From NCBI GenBank assembly GCA_022813965.1, contig JALDZS010000193.1, forward strand, positions 1 through 42,963: 42,963 nt of DNA. Reading direction: 5' to 3'. This DNA is from Toensbergia leucococca. Taxonomy: Eukaryota. A program made the position numbers and the translations under genes. Numbering within the stretch: the first letter of the stretch is position 1; each line of letters opens with the position of its first letter. Shown in pieces: positions 1-11,330 of the stretch. The notes beneath the pieces are model-generated. The model saw only the letters and a list, made by a program, of their open reading frames with translations. It had not been told where the DNA came from and searched no databases.

Positions 1-157
1 CTAAGGGCATTGACACATGCCTAGCCGCATTGAGCCTAGCGTCATCACCTGAGGGTATTTGTATATAAACACTTATCATCTAAATACTTTCCTTCCTTAG
101 TCTTAGTCTTTTTATCAATTATACTCTCATGACTAGACTCTAAGCCTGATTCTGACA
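1..157. mobile_element. Possible 3' part of an LTR, truncated by the window start
   Basis: TATATAA at ~62-68; segment ends in TGACA (153-157) before heavily decayed AT-rich DNA. The other terminus and any TSD are not visible. Confidence 0.3.
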
Positions 158-1359
158 GACATCTAATCACCTTCTTTTCTAACTGCTGTCATAAATAACA
201 TTTTATTAGAAAGAAAAAGACATCATACTAACATAAGCTCTTAGTGTTATCTTCATAACTCTTTATTTTCATCTTTTTTCTGTTGTGATAGCTGTGAGAA
301 AATCCTGACAGTAACTTTAGATAGCATTATATTCTAAGAACACTAACTAATGTAGTGCTTATACTCTTTACATTTATAGCACTTAATGATTGATAAATCT
401 CTTGATTGTCAATTTAAGTCTCTATTTCTGTTCTTACTTAAATAACACTCTTTCACATAATTTATAATAGACTTAACTTGATTAGTGTTTATCACTCTCA
501 TTTTATAAATCAGAGCAGAGATAACTTAATTTATGTTAATAAATAACTGTTATAAGAGATCATTCATAGTTGCTGACGCAGGTAAGTCAGAAAGTATGAT
601 TTTTATGATGTCTTTATAGTTAGAATTGAACAGAGTAAGCTTTTCTACCTCACTATACACTGCTTTAATAAGACATTGCATCATAGTGAAAGAATAGTTA
701 TATTTCTTGTTGCATTTAAAAGACACTCTCTCTTATTTTTTTAAGTCTCTTATTCTCTTCAAAGTCATCATATTAATATCTATGTCATCAGTAAGCTATT
801 TTATAATCAGATCATATAAAGTCTTTACAAAAATTATGAACTCAGTGAGTTTTTAATCCTTGCTATAATCATCTTTTTTGGTTTATCATCTTTATCAATA
901 ACTTCTCAAAGAACTCAATGTGATAGACTCTTATATTCTGAAACTCCGTACTGACTTCAAATTATTTTAAAGTCTTCTCAATTTACAGAAAGTCAGATAT
1001 CTCTATAGATAACTTCTAAGCAATAGTCACAATATAAGATAATAAGAGAGTAATAATATTAGATAATGAAGTCTCTGCAAGATCAAAAAGTATAGTCTTA
1101 TTCTTTGCCTTTGCTACATTACAATCACAATGAATATTATGATGAATGTGTTTATTAGTGTGCTTATCAGTCAGAATAGCTTTCTTATTTATCTGAAGTT
1201 GAGTCAGAAATTTAAGTTAGACTGAGTTAATTTTATTCTTATTCTTGCTCTTACTCTTCTTCTTACTTAAAATGTTTGACATAAGAGTCTTTAGAGCCTT
1301 TACTTTAGACTAAGTGATAGTTAGACAAGAATAAGTGTAAGATGCATGACATTAACATT

Positions 1360-1600
1360 GAGGTAAAACTGAAGAAGAAGATAAAGCAGGTGAAAAAGAT
1401 AAAGAAGATAAAAAAAAAAGTGAAGAAAATTAAGTCAGAAGAGAAGATGAAGAAGGTAAAGAAGATAAAGCGGATAAAGAAGATAAAGAAGATAAAGAAG
1501 ATAAAGAAGATGAAGAAAGTAAAGATAAAGGTAATTAATAAGCTAACAGATAAGCTAACTAATAAGCTGAATAATAAGAAATCTAATGAGATGAAAAAGA
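1360..1600 (+). repeat. Low-complexity purine repeat (AAGATAAAG)n, probably a RIP-mutated acidic coding repeat
   Basis: 9-bp periodic AAGAAGATA/AAGATAAAG units that generate the K/I-rich and F/I-rich ORFs in the track. Confidence 0.6.
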
Positions 1601-1930
1601 TCTTTAACTGCGTCAATTTGAAGGCATTGTAAATCTAAACATCAAGATTTTAGTCAATTAATCTATACAGAAGCCTCAGATTATACCTAGTAATCATGAT
1701 AGAGAGAATTCAAATTTTTACTACTAACTTGATAAGATGAGGGGAGAAATCTCAACAGCTGAGTTTTTAAAACCTTTATGTCTACACTAGTTGCAGTGAG
1801 TGAAGTGAGATGCATTATAGTGAGGTGTTTTCAGATAGATCTTACCTATGATGCAACTATATAAAGTTGACAGTTACTGTTTCAAATTTAAGATGATGAT
1901 ACTATGTCTATTTAAATTACCTAGTGATGT

Positions 1931-2082
1931 TGTCACGGTTCTATCTTAGGTTAGCGTCCCCGGGCCCGGATCATCGATTGTTCCGGCCCTATACACTAGA
2001 TATTCACAATCCTAGCACGTAGAACGCCAGTGAGAAGACAACATAGCAAGGGGATCACCAACTATCATTTTGAACCCTTACA
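1931..2082. mobile_element. Solo LTR, 152 bp, copy A
   Basis: TGTCAC...TTACA termini with 5-bp direct repeat GATGT at 1926-1930 and 2083-2087; retains CpGs. Confidence 0.9.
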
Positions 2083-2099
2083 GATGTGTTTAAACTACT

Positions 2100-3140
2100 C
2101 ATAAAATTTTTTCTATAATTTTCTTAACTATTTTTCTTTATCTACTCAAACAATTTTATGCTCACTTAATTTAAATTATCATGCTAATAATAATAATGCA
2201 TAGAGAAATGTGACATTTTCATCTAGAACTTCACTTACTATTCTTTTTCATATACTCAATCAATTTCATGCTTACTTAATTTAAATTATTATGTTAATAA
2301 CAATAATATATAGAGAAATGTGACATTTTTATTTAGAACTTTACTCACTATTCTTCTTTAAATACTCAATTGAATTTATGCTTACTTAATTCAAATTATC
2401 ATACTAATGACAATAGTGGCTAAGGATTTCATTAACTATTCTTCTCTATTTACTTAATTGACTTCATACTCACCTAATTTAAATTATCATGCTAATAACA
2501 ATGGTGACTAGAGATTTTATTAACTATTCTTCTTTATTTACTCAATTAATTTTATACTTACTTAATTTAAATGTGAGGGTTCAAAATAATAGTTGATAAT
2601 ACCCTTGTTATGTTGTATGCTCACTTCAGTTCTAGGTGCTAGGATTATGAATATCTAGTGTGTGAGGCTGAAACAATCAATGATTCAGGTCTGAGAACAC
2701 TAATCTAAGATAGAACTGTGACATTAAATTATCATGTTAATGATAATGAGAGCTAAGGATTTCATTAACTATTCTTCTCTATCTACTTAATTAATTTTAT
2801 ACTCACCTAATTTAAATTATTATGTTAATAATAATAATGATTAGAGAAATGTGACATTTTTATCTATAATTTCATTAACTATTCTATTTCATCTACTCAA
2901 TTAATTTTATGCTTAGTTAATTTAAATTATCATGTTAATAATAATAATAACTAGAAAAATGTGACAAATAATCATATAATTTCAATAACTATTCTTTTTT
3001 ATCTACTTGATCAATCTTATAATACTTACATAGTTCAAATTATTCTGTTAATGACTAGATATAATGCTTAGAGAAATGTGACAAATGATCATACAAAGTG
3101 CATGTTATCTTTATTTTTTACTTGATTCTATACTTAATTT
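2100..3140. repeat. Tandem array of 110-bp and 88-bp units
   Basis: Motif CTTAATTTAAATTATC recurs at 2165, 2275, 2385, 2473, 2561, 2806, 2916 and ~3028. Spacings: 110, 110, 88, 88, 88+157 (LTR plus TSD), 110, ~112. Long units carry the AGAAATGTGACA block. Confidence 0.9.
2572..2723. mobile_element. Solo LTR, 152 bp, copy B, inverted relative to copy A
   Basis: TGTGAG...GTGACA termini with TSD TTAAA at 2567-2571 and 2724-2728; reverse complement aligns end to end with 1931-2082, differing mostly by C>T/G>A. Confidence 0.9.
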
Positions 3141-3698
3141 CTTAGAATTAGATATATGACTATAAATCACTGATATTAATCACATATCACTTTAGGTTAG
3201 TGTATAGGTCTCACTCACTGCACTTCTAGTGAGTGATCCCCTCACAGTGAATCTATTTTACACCTAATGTTTCACATGCACTAAATATTCACATAGGTTA
3301 GGCAAGCAGACACGCTCCTAACCTTTGTGACTTTCTATCAAGAACCGCGAGTCGCCTTTTCATTATGGAGACATCATTTCAGCTCCTGAGCCATATGACT
3401 GCATGTATGTACATTCTTGAAACTGTGCGACCCCCCACGGGCGCAATGTCGTCTGCTTCTCTTATCAGCTACTTGCATATTCTCAGTTTGAAGGAGCTCG
3501 CAGAGAGATTGCAGTGAGAGCATCTGCTCAAGCGGCTCTATCACAATTGATAGTCTTTTCCCTCTTTCTCCTGCTCTCAGCCTGTATCTTCTCTTCTCTT
3601 CTTTTCTCTTCTTCTCTACTTCCCTCTTCACTCTTTCTCGCTCTCTTTCTCGCCCACGTTGTCACAAGACCTCCATTCCCCTGCTCATCGCCGCCATC

Positions 3699-5129
3699 AT
3701 GTCCAACACATCATCAGCAGCTGGCGTGAATGCTTTGTGTGGCACTCTACTCACTCTGACGGTGGTTACTGTTAGTCTCCGCTTCTATACTCGCACCCTG
3801 CAGAGATTGCCATTCAGCACTGATGACTGGGCCATGGTGCCTTGCGTGGTATGCACTCCCCAGCCTCCAAGCATTCGGGCGCTCCGTCAAAGTGGCGCTT
3901 TACTAAACGCACGTTCAAGCTTTTCTATCTCGGCGCATGTGTAGTCGTGTTCATTGGTTCGTTCTCCTCCCAACCATGGCTAATGCTTGCTTAAATGATT
4001 GCAAGGTGTCAACGACAAAGTATTTGGCTATGCCACTGAAAGTTTCACCACGGAACGGGTCATGTCCATGGCAAAGCTATCAGCTCAGGTATCGATGCCG
4101 TGTGCTCATTCAACTTTTTCCCGCTGACTTGAGCATAGATACAAATAGCATGGGATACTCTCTCAACATGTGCCCTTGCCTGCATCAAAATTAGTGCTCT
4201 CTTCTTCTACAGACGTATCTTCTGTATTGCTGGCCTTAACTCAAAGTTTAATCTCATTACTCAGGCCACGGCAATGATTGTTTTTCTTTGGCTCGTAACA
4301 TTTCTGTTTTTCATCGGCTTCCAATGCGGTTCGCACATCTCGGCACTTGGGGATGATACCTATTTTCAATATTGTACCATCTCATTCCCTTTTCTGTACG
4401 GCTTGGTCATATCCGACTTGCTCGTTGATGTCTGGATCCTTTTGCTGCCAATCCCAGAGGTCGGCTCTTCTCCTGCGTCATGGAATTAGCAACGTAGCTA
4501 ACACCCCTTCTCAGATCATAAAGCTTCATACCACAACGCAGCGAAAATTTGCAATATCCGGTGTCTTCTTGCTTGGGTTCATGTAAGTTATCCTTAAGAC
4601 TCGTGATACCTACTTCTGACAATTCATAGTGGACTAGGAGCCTCCACTGTACGAATGGTCGTCTATATCCAAACCGTATCGTTCTTCAGTACCGCCGGTC
4701 CTAAAGCATTAATCAAGTACGATGAAGAGCGTAGGTCACTTACTGGCGCTATTATCCAATCAATGAATCACTCACACCATCACAGTGACCGTCACCAAAG
4801 GTCTCTACCTCTCCATGCTCGAAGCGGGCATGTCCCTCATTGCTGTCAATCTCCCCTCTCTCTGGTTTCTCTGCAGCAAAAGAACACTCGAGTTATCACT
4901 GCGCAGCATTCGCAGCGTCCTCTCACTGCGCTCCTGGACGTCCTCAGTGGGCTCTCGCCACAGCGACAATACCTCACGCATGGTGCCGCAGCGTGTGGCA
5001 ACAGACAGGTTCTTGAGTTCGTCATGCTCAAACATCATTCATGATGCTGATGGGGAGGCATATGAGAGCTTCTCTATGCATGGTAAGGGTGACTTTGACG
5101 TGGAGAACGGGGCTGGAAAGAAGGCGTAG
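3699..5129 (+). CDS. Pth11-like (fungal rhodopsin-domain) integral membrane protein, about 7 exons
   Basis: Family motifs LRFYTR...DDW, IKISALFFYRRIF, DLLVDVWILLLPIP, KLH...RKFAISGVF, LEAGMSLIAVNLPSL. Exons ~3699-3848, 3920-3956, 4006-4088, 4139-4458, 4515-~4581, ~4630-4731, ~4786-5129 joined by GT-AG introns. Confidence 0.85.
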
Positions 5130-5973
5130 GCCCTAAGAACCTATAGATTCAGAATGCCTGCAGCGCCGACGTATGTAACAAGAGCAGTAGATTCGGACAT
5201 GTGAGCTTAAATAACATCAGATCTACGCAGCCTCAACTGATTCGCCGTCTATGATCCCATGGATAGAGCAAGTTCCAATCACCTCATACGCTTTTCCTTT
5301 TGGTCGTGAGGAGACTGACAAACAACTGTCGAAGCTATCAGTCAAGGACTCAATTTGGATTCAGAAGGTTACATCGGATGTGGCTGGGAACCCCTACTGT
5401 CATGCCTATAGATAGCTTGTTTCTCTCTTAGGTACTCGATCTTTAGCAATCCTGTCAATTATGTATCATACTTATTAGTTAGATCATCAGAGAGGACACT
5501 TTGAATCGATGCCGTCTGCATCAATCAAAGGATTACGAGAATTACATAGTGCAGCTATGAGGGATGTGATTTGGTTGAAATATCATCATTACCTTAGCCT
5601 GAAGACGATCTTCTTGAATTGAGGTAAGATTCATGATATCTTACTCGCATCTTCTACCGCAGTCAGTAATTGGATTTCATTTGTCAGAAGTACCGGTCTT
5701 TTCACGTTGTACCTGCCTAGATAGGGAATTCATATCAAGCGGGTAGATGCTGGAGATTGCCCGCATTGCAAGTGACATCATCCTAACTATTTGGGAACTA
5801 GTGCATGTCGCGTCGGTCATCTAATCTGGACTTCGACTCTGTGGGATTCTCGATTGTGGGGTAGAAGGTGGAAGATTCAATAAATACAAGAGTGAGGAGT
5901 GATAAGAAAGGTCTCCCTCCCCCAACCCTTCAGTTTCAGGTCAAATGGGCATCAACTCAAGATTGAGAAGAAC

Positions 5974-7550
5974 ATGGCTTCCCTCATGACCATCAACCTC
6001 ATCGGGGCCTCTGCTTTGCTTTTGCTGCTGACGTACAAGTACATCATCTACCCAGTCTTTCTATCTCCCTTGTCCAAGATCCCCAACGCTCATTTCACGT
6101 CGCCCATCCTTTCAACATGGATCCAGTGGAAGAAAGGAAAAGGCCCAGGTACGCGAGCCATCTACGCCCTCCACCAAAAACTCGGCCCTGTCGTTAGGCT
6201 CGGTCCTAACACCATCCACGTCAATACCGCCGCTGCACTCCGCACCGTCTACGTTGGTGGTTTTGAAAAACCAGAATACTATCAGAATGCCTTTATGAAC
6301 TATGGCATTCCCAACTTGGTCAGCATGATGGAAAATAAGCCACATTCAATTCAGAAACGCATGATGTCAAATGTCTACTCCAAGTCCTTTTTGCAGGCCT
6401 CACCCGATGTGCGAGCTTTTTCCAACTCTATTATCTTCAATAGGTTTCTACCGGTTGTGCAGCAGGCCGCGCAAAGTGACAGCCCTAGCAATGTGTTTGA
6501 TCTGATGCAAGCACTCGGTATGGACTTTACGTCTGCCTACCTCTTCGGCTCAAGCAATGGTTCCAATTTTCTACTCAACGTCGACTTCCGCCGTCAATGG
6601 CTTGATACGTACAAGGTCTTTGTCAAACAGCGTCCGGAAGATCGCGCAAATGGCCTAATTGAGAAATGGTGCTATTCGCTGTGTGAAGCGGCCGACGCCA
6701 TGATCAAGTCGGAGAAACCTGCTAGCAGTACGTCTACAAAGGCGATAGTTTACGGGCAACTGTCAAAAGGGCTCGAGGTAATCGTACCAAGCTTGCAGTC
6801 CAAGATTGCCACGGCAGCATCGGAAATGCTGGATCATCTCGTAGCAGGGCATGAGACGTCTGCTATCACCATGACGTATCTAATGCACGAGCTTTCCCGC
6901 CAACCAGCACTGCAATCAAAGCTTCGCGACGAAGTCCTCACCCTTGCCCCACAGCTCATATACCCTACCGACTCTTCAACTGGCCCGAATACTACCAAAG
7001 ACCCTCTTCCGTCCCCACGCTCCATCGATACGCTCCCACTCCTCGACGCTATGCTTCAAGAAACCCTCCGTCTCTACGCTGCAGCACCAGCTCCCCAGCC
7101 ACGTATCACGCCCTTCTCCTCCACCCCAACAACAATAGAAAGCTTCACCATCCCAGGGGGCGTCCAAGTCAGCGCCGCAGCCTACTGCATACATCGAAAC
7201 CCCTCCGTATTTCCCGAGCCACAGAAATGGATCCCAGAGCGCTGGCTACAAGAAAAGACCAAGACGGATGAGATGCGGAGATGGTTCTGGCCGTTTAGTA
7301 GCGGGGGAAGAATGTGCTTGGGAAGTAATCTTGCCATTCAAGGTACGTTTCCCTTCCTTGCGTTAGGTGACTCTATCCGTTATGCTCACTAATTCTTTTT
7401 GATGATGGGATAGAGATGAAATTAGCCATGGTAGCGATTTATACGAATTACACGACCACGATCGTTGATGATGAGGGTATCGAGCAGGCGGATGATTACA
7501 TATCAAGGCCGGTTGGGAATAAGCTGATTCTAAGAATGAAGCACGTTTAA
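5974..7550 (+). CDS. Cytochrome P450 monooxygenase
   Basis: N-terminal TM anchor; AGHET (I-helix), ETLR, PERW and heme motif FSSGGRMCLG. One intron 7343-7413; last exon ends ...RMKHV, TAA at 7548-7550. Confidence 0.95.
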
Positions 7551-8439
7551 AAAGGTTGTGAAAAAACCTGTCCGCTGTAAATTCTTCGGAATTGGAAGTT
7601 GTCAAAAGAGATAGATCACAAACAAGGCTGTCATCCCGTGATGTGTGACTCTATTATATTCAGACACAACCAACGAATCCCGTTGTCCGGACGACCACTT
7701 GGACATTGTACTCACAAACATGAAATAGCCATACATGAGACGACGTGAAACCCACTCCGTACCAGTAAAAACAACTTCCAACCCAAACACTAGTGGGCAT
7801 GGGCAAGTCTGAGGTTATTCAAAGAGAAAAACCGAGGATAGATACGAGAGAGAGAGACCTTTGCATTCGTTGTTTTTCTTGACAAAAAAGTAAAAGTACG
7901 GGGCGGGTTGATCTCAGTTCAAACAACAGAAGTCGCTCAGCAACGAAATAGCCCGTATTTAGGAGGAGAGTGATCATCAGATTGCTCATCATTGTGTGAA
8001 ACTCATGACGTAGGACCTCTTTCTCAAACGGGCAAGGTTTCATGTAAGACCTAACTTCAGCGTGCATTAGTGAGTGAAGCAAGAGTAAGCTGCATTGCTA
8101 CCTTATTCTCTCATGAGACATTAGGAGATCTAGAGATGCGGGTATTGGAGGAAATGCGATGCAAGCTAGGCGAGTCGTGACTATGGAATCCGTCACTCTG
8201 GCCGCAATAGAGGGAGATGAGGTAAGACTGATAGTGAAGTATGTGTCAGCAAAGGTGCAGATAGGGGTTGAGGATAACGAGGGAGGTGAGTGTGATATTT
8301 GCATAAGACCTAGGACGATTTCCTCATCGAAGAAAAGAAAAGCTCTATACTTATCAGACCACCTTTCTCCGCTCCTACCCTCAAAGCATCGCGCCAAGCA
8401 ATCCCGCATCCCATTCCCCAGAAAACACCACTAGCAATC

Positions 8440-9348
8440 ATGTCTTCCTCTATCCCTTCACCACCACCAACAACCCTCTCCACCATAACCCTCCCCGACT
8501 CCACCACCATCTTCTACCGCACCGCCGGCTCCCCCTCTCACCCCCCCCTCGTCCTTCTCCACGGCTTCCCCTCCTCCTCCCACCAATACCGCCACCTCCT
8601 CCCCGCCCTCTCCAAAACCCACCACGTCCTCGCCCCCGACCTCCCCGGCTTCGGCTTCACCACCTGTCCCAGCACCTACACCTACACCTTCGCCTCCCTG
8701 ACCGAAACCCTCCTCGCCTTCCTCGACGCCCTGCAAATCTCTCGCTTCGCAGTCTACATCTTCGACTACGGCGCCCCCGTCGCCTTCCGCCTCGCCCTGC
8801 AAAGACCCCACGCCATCACGGCCATAATCTCCCAAAACGGCAACGCCTACCTCGAAGGCCTCGTCCCAACCTTCTGGGCCCCGGTCCAAAAATACTGGAC
8901 CTCAAACAGCGCCACCGACCGCGAATACCTGCTCGAAAACATCCTCACCCTCGCAGCCACAAAATGGCAATACGAATCCGGAACGCCAGCCGCCAAGCTC
9001 GCGTCCATCGCACCGGAGACCTACACGCTCGACTACGCCCTCATGTGCCGCGACGGCAACAAAGATATCCAGCTGGACCTGCTGCGCGATTACCAGACGA
9101 ACGTGGCGCTGTATCCGCGGTTCCAGGCCTGGATGCGCGAGCGGCAGGTGCCGCTGCTGGCGATCTGGGGGGAGCATGATGTTGCGTTTGCGGCGGAGGG
9201 GGCGTGGGCGTTTCGGCGGGATTTGCCGGGCGCGGAGGTGGTGTTGGTGGATGCGGGGCATTTTGCGCTGGAGACGGAGGGGGAGAGGATTGCGGGGGAG
9301 GTGAGGGGTTTTTTGGGCAGGGTTGGGGGTTTAGAGGATGGCTTTTGA
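8440..9348 (+). CDS. Alpha/beta hydrolase (epoxide hydrolase/haloalkane dehalogenase-like), intronless
   Basis: LLHGFP oxyanion motif, PDLPGFG, Asp nucleophile in FDYGAP, C-terminal AGHF. Confidence 0.92.
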   Translation: MSSSIPSPPPTTLSTITLPDSTTIFYRTAGSPSHPPLVLLHGFPSSSHQYRHLLPALSKTHHVLAPDLPGFGFTTCPSTYTYTFASLTETLLAFLDALQISRFAVYIFDYGAPVAFRLALQRPHAITAIISQNGNAYLEGLVPTFWAPVQKYWTSNSATDREYLLENILTLAATKWQYESGTPAAKLASIAPETYTLDYALMCRDGNKDIQLDLLRDYQTNVALYPRFQAWMRERQVPLLAIWGEHDVAFAAEGAWAFRRDLPGAEVVLVDAGHFALETEGERIAGEVRGFLGRVGGLEDGF

Positions 9349-9852
9349 TTGGCTTGGTTTGTTTTCACTTTTGAGTTCGCGCGAGGTTCTTTTGCTTTTT
9401 GGGATTCTGAGGGATCTGATGTCAATCCTAATCCAAGTCTCCACGTTCTTATACTGGGAGAATGATTAATTTCCTCTTATCAAAAGTGCGGGGTCATGTC
9501 TCAGTAGACCCTTTTAGCGGTTGAGATAGCAGCCCTATGCTTAGTGAGCTCATATCATTTCTCCTCCTTAGGTACTCCTGAGCTATCATCACATCACAAA
9601 CACGATTTCTGAAGTCAAAGTCTGCTCTTCAAATGCCTTGAAATTCTCACCTCAACACAGCTGATGCTATTCACCTCAAATCTGACATACTGACAGTACA
9701 AGGAACTTGACAAAGGAGACCGTGTAAAGCAATGCGCATTCTCTATCTCAGTCTAATATTCAAGCTTCAATCAGCATCATTACTGCGTGTCAACTGTCAA
9801 GACTTTCAAGGATTGTCAAGACCATCTTGTCTATCATGATCTCATAGATTGC

Positions 9853-11330
9853 TCAAACACCCTCTCCAACGAGCTTCGCTGATGCTTGGCAGGGGGGCGA
9901 TTTTGAAGCCTCTTCTTCGTACTCTGGGCCAGTGTCCCAATCATTTCCCTCATGGTGTTATTCTCTCAAAATTTCATTACTCACACTGTATAATTATACT
10001 TGCTCTGTTGTTCTAATGAGGAAGATGAGACGTTAGCAGGGTGCAATGGTCGAAATCATGGAAAAACAAATCCAAGAGAACTTCAAGCTTACCTCGGAGC
10101 TCTGTAAGTTCGTCCAGCGACATCTCAATTCTGGTATAATCCCAGGCAGACTCAGTCAGTGTCAAGTTTAAATATTCACGGCCTTTGGCGTTTTTCATGT
10201 CTTCGACATCGCCCGGGACATCGAATAATCGCCTTCGACCTTCGTACTACTCTGCGACTAATTGCGCAATACTTGCCATACGGATCCACATTCTTCACAT
10301 ACCGTCCAGTATATGCAAACGTATCAAAACGGTCGCAATCTGGCAGCTCCAAGCCAAGGCGATCCTTGTACTCTGTTGCCCGACCCATGATGCTCTCCAG
10401 CATGTACCTAAGCGCACCCGCCAAGTTCTCAAGCTCATAAGCCTGGAGCTTGCGGCCCTCAAGTAGGTAATGGCAATGAGCATGCACTCTATGATTCTTC
10501 GGGGCAGATTCAGGCCGGGGTAGCTCCTCATGTATGTATAGGCCAGTCTTTTGAGGCGATACTCTGCTTCTGGTGCCGACATACTTACCGTGTCTGAGAA
10601 CCGTATTGAAGTCATTTGGCTGTGATTCGAAGATTGGCCAGCCTCGAGACGGCGCAAGGACTGCCACTTCTGCTCATAATGTGCCAAGGGGAAGCCAGTG
10701 CGAGCTCTCCATTGCATGTCCCATACTTCGTCCTTCGCCGAGAACGAAATGGTATTCCTCTCTCGCACATCTACTTCATTGAACAAAGTTTCTCGAATGC
10801 ACGCTACCAGGGATACGTATGTCGCAGAACTCAGAAACTCGTCGCCTTCGTTACTTTGAAGATCGAGATCTTCAATTTCCATCTTCATTAAAGCTTGAGC
10901 AACTCCAGTGGCGTACCTTGATCCACAGCATCGATGCATAGATGGGCTATGTGGCGAGGAGAGCAGTTGTTCCTTACTGTTTACACCTGCCATCGCCGTT
11001 ATATCGAGAAAACTGAGTTGGGCCCAGCCTACCCCGCAACAAGAGGTTGTGAGCAAAGCCAAGTTGGGTTTCAAGTTGTTTTGCAAAAGGGCTTGTTGCA
11101 ATTGAAATTGTTTCAAGGTCGAGCATTTCTCAAATGAGCCTTTCCCTCCAATCATTATGTTGAAGCGCTCTTCGCCGTGACCGAATACTAGGACAAGAAT
11201 TGGTCGGTTCGTGTTTTTGACTTCCTTTGATGCATCTCCGACGTAGGACAGAAACCTTTTCAATAGCTCGTCATCGTCCTTGCTCTTAAAGAAACGCACG
11301 TCTTTGACATTTTTTAATATCCGCTTATAT
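9853..11330 (-). pseudogene. Second, N-terminally truncated copy of an uncharacterised caspase/legumain-fold-like protein
   Basis: LVLVFGHG, LTTSCCG, ITAMAGV, RCCGS, ISFSAKD.WDMQWRARTGFPL match the upstream copy. Frameshifts at ~10513 and ~10231, intron ~10013-10092, in-frame TGA codons in the last exon. Confidence 0.7.

Larger units (their letters stand above)
158..3300. repeat. AT-rich RIP-degraded transposon-derived region
   Basis: Very low GC, TpA-rich, CpG nearly absent, no credible ORF, sharp return to normal composition near 3300; contains nested LTRs and a tandem array. Confidence 0.85.

Noticed and set aside
1305..1632. K/I-rich and F/I-rich ORFs
   Set aside because: By-products of a low-complexity repeat in RIP-type DNA.
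1931..2723. Single TIR transposon bounded by 152-bp inverted repeats
   Set aside because: Each repeat has its own TG...CA ends and a different 5-bp TSD, so they are two solo LTRs.
2100..3140. CRISPR-like array
   Set aside because: Whole units repeat with no unique spacers, no cas genes, and the context is eukaryotic.
5899..5973. Longer P450 N-terminus in the ORF track
   Set aside because: Starts at GTG; ATG 5974 directly precedes the TM anchor.
5420..9580. Shared TTTCTC..CTTAGGTACTC motif at ~5420 and ~9557
   Set aside because: Short match with no convincing extension; could be chance.
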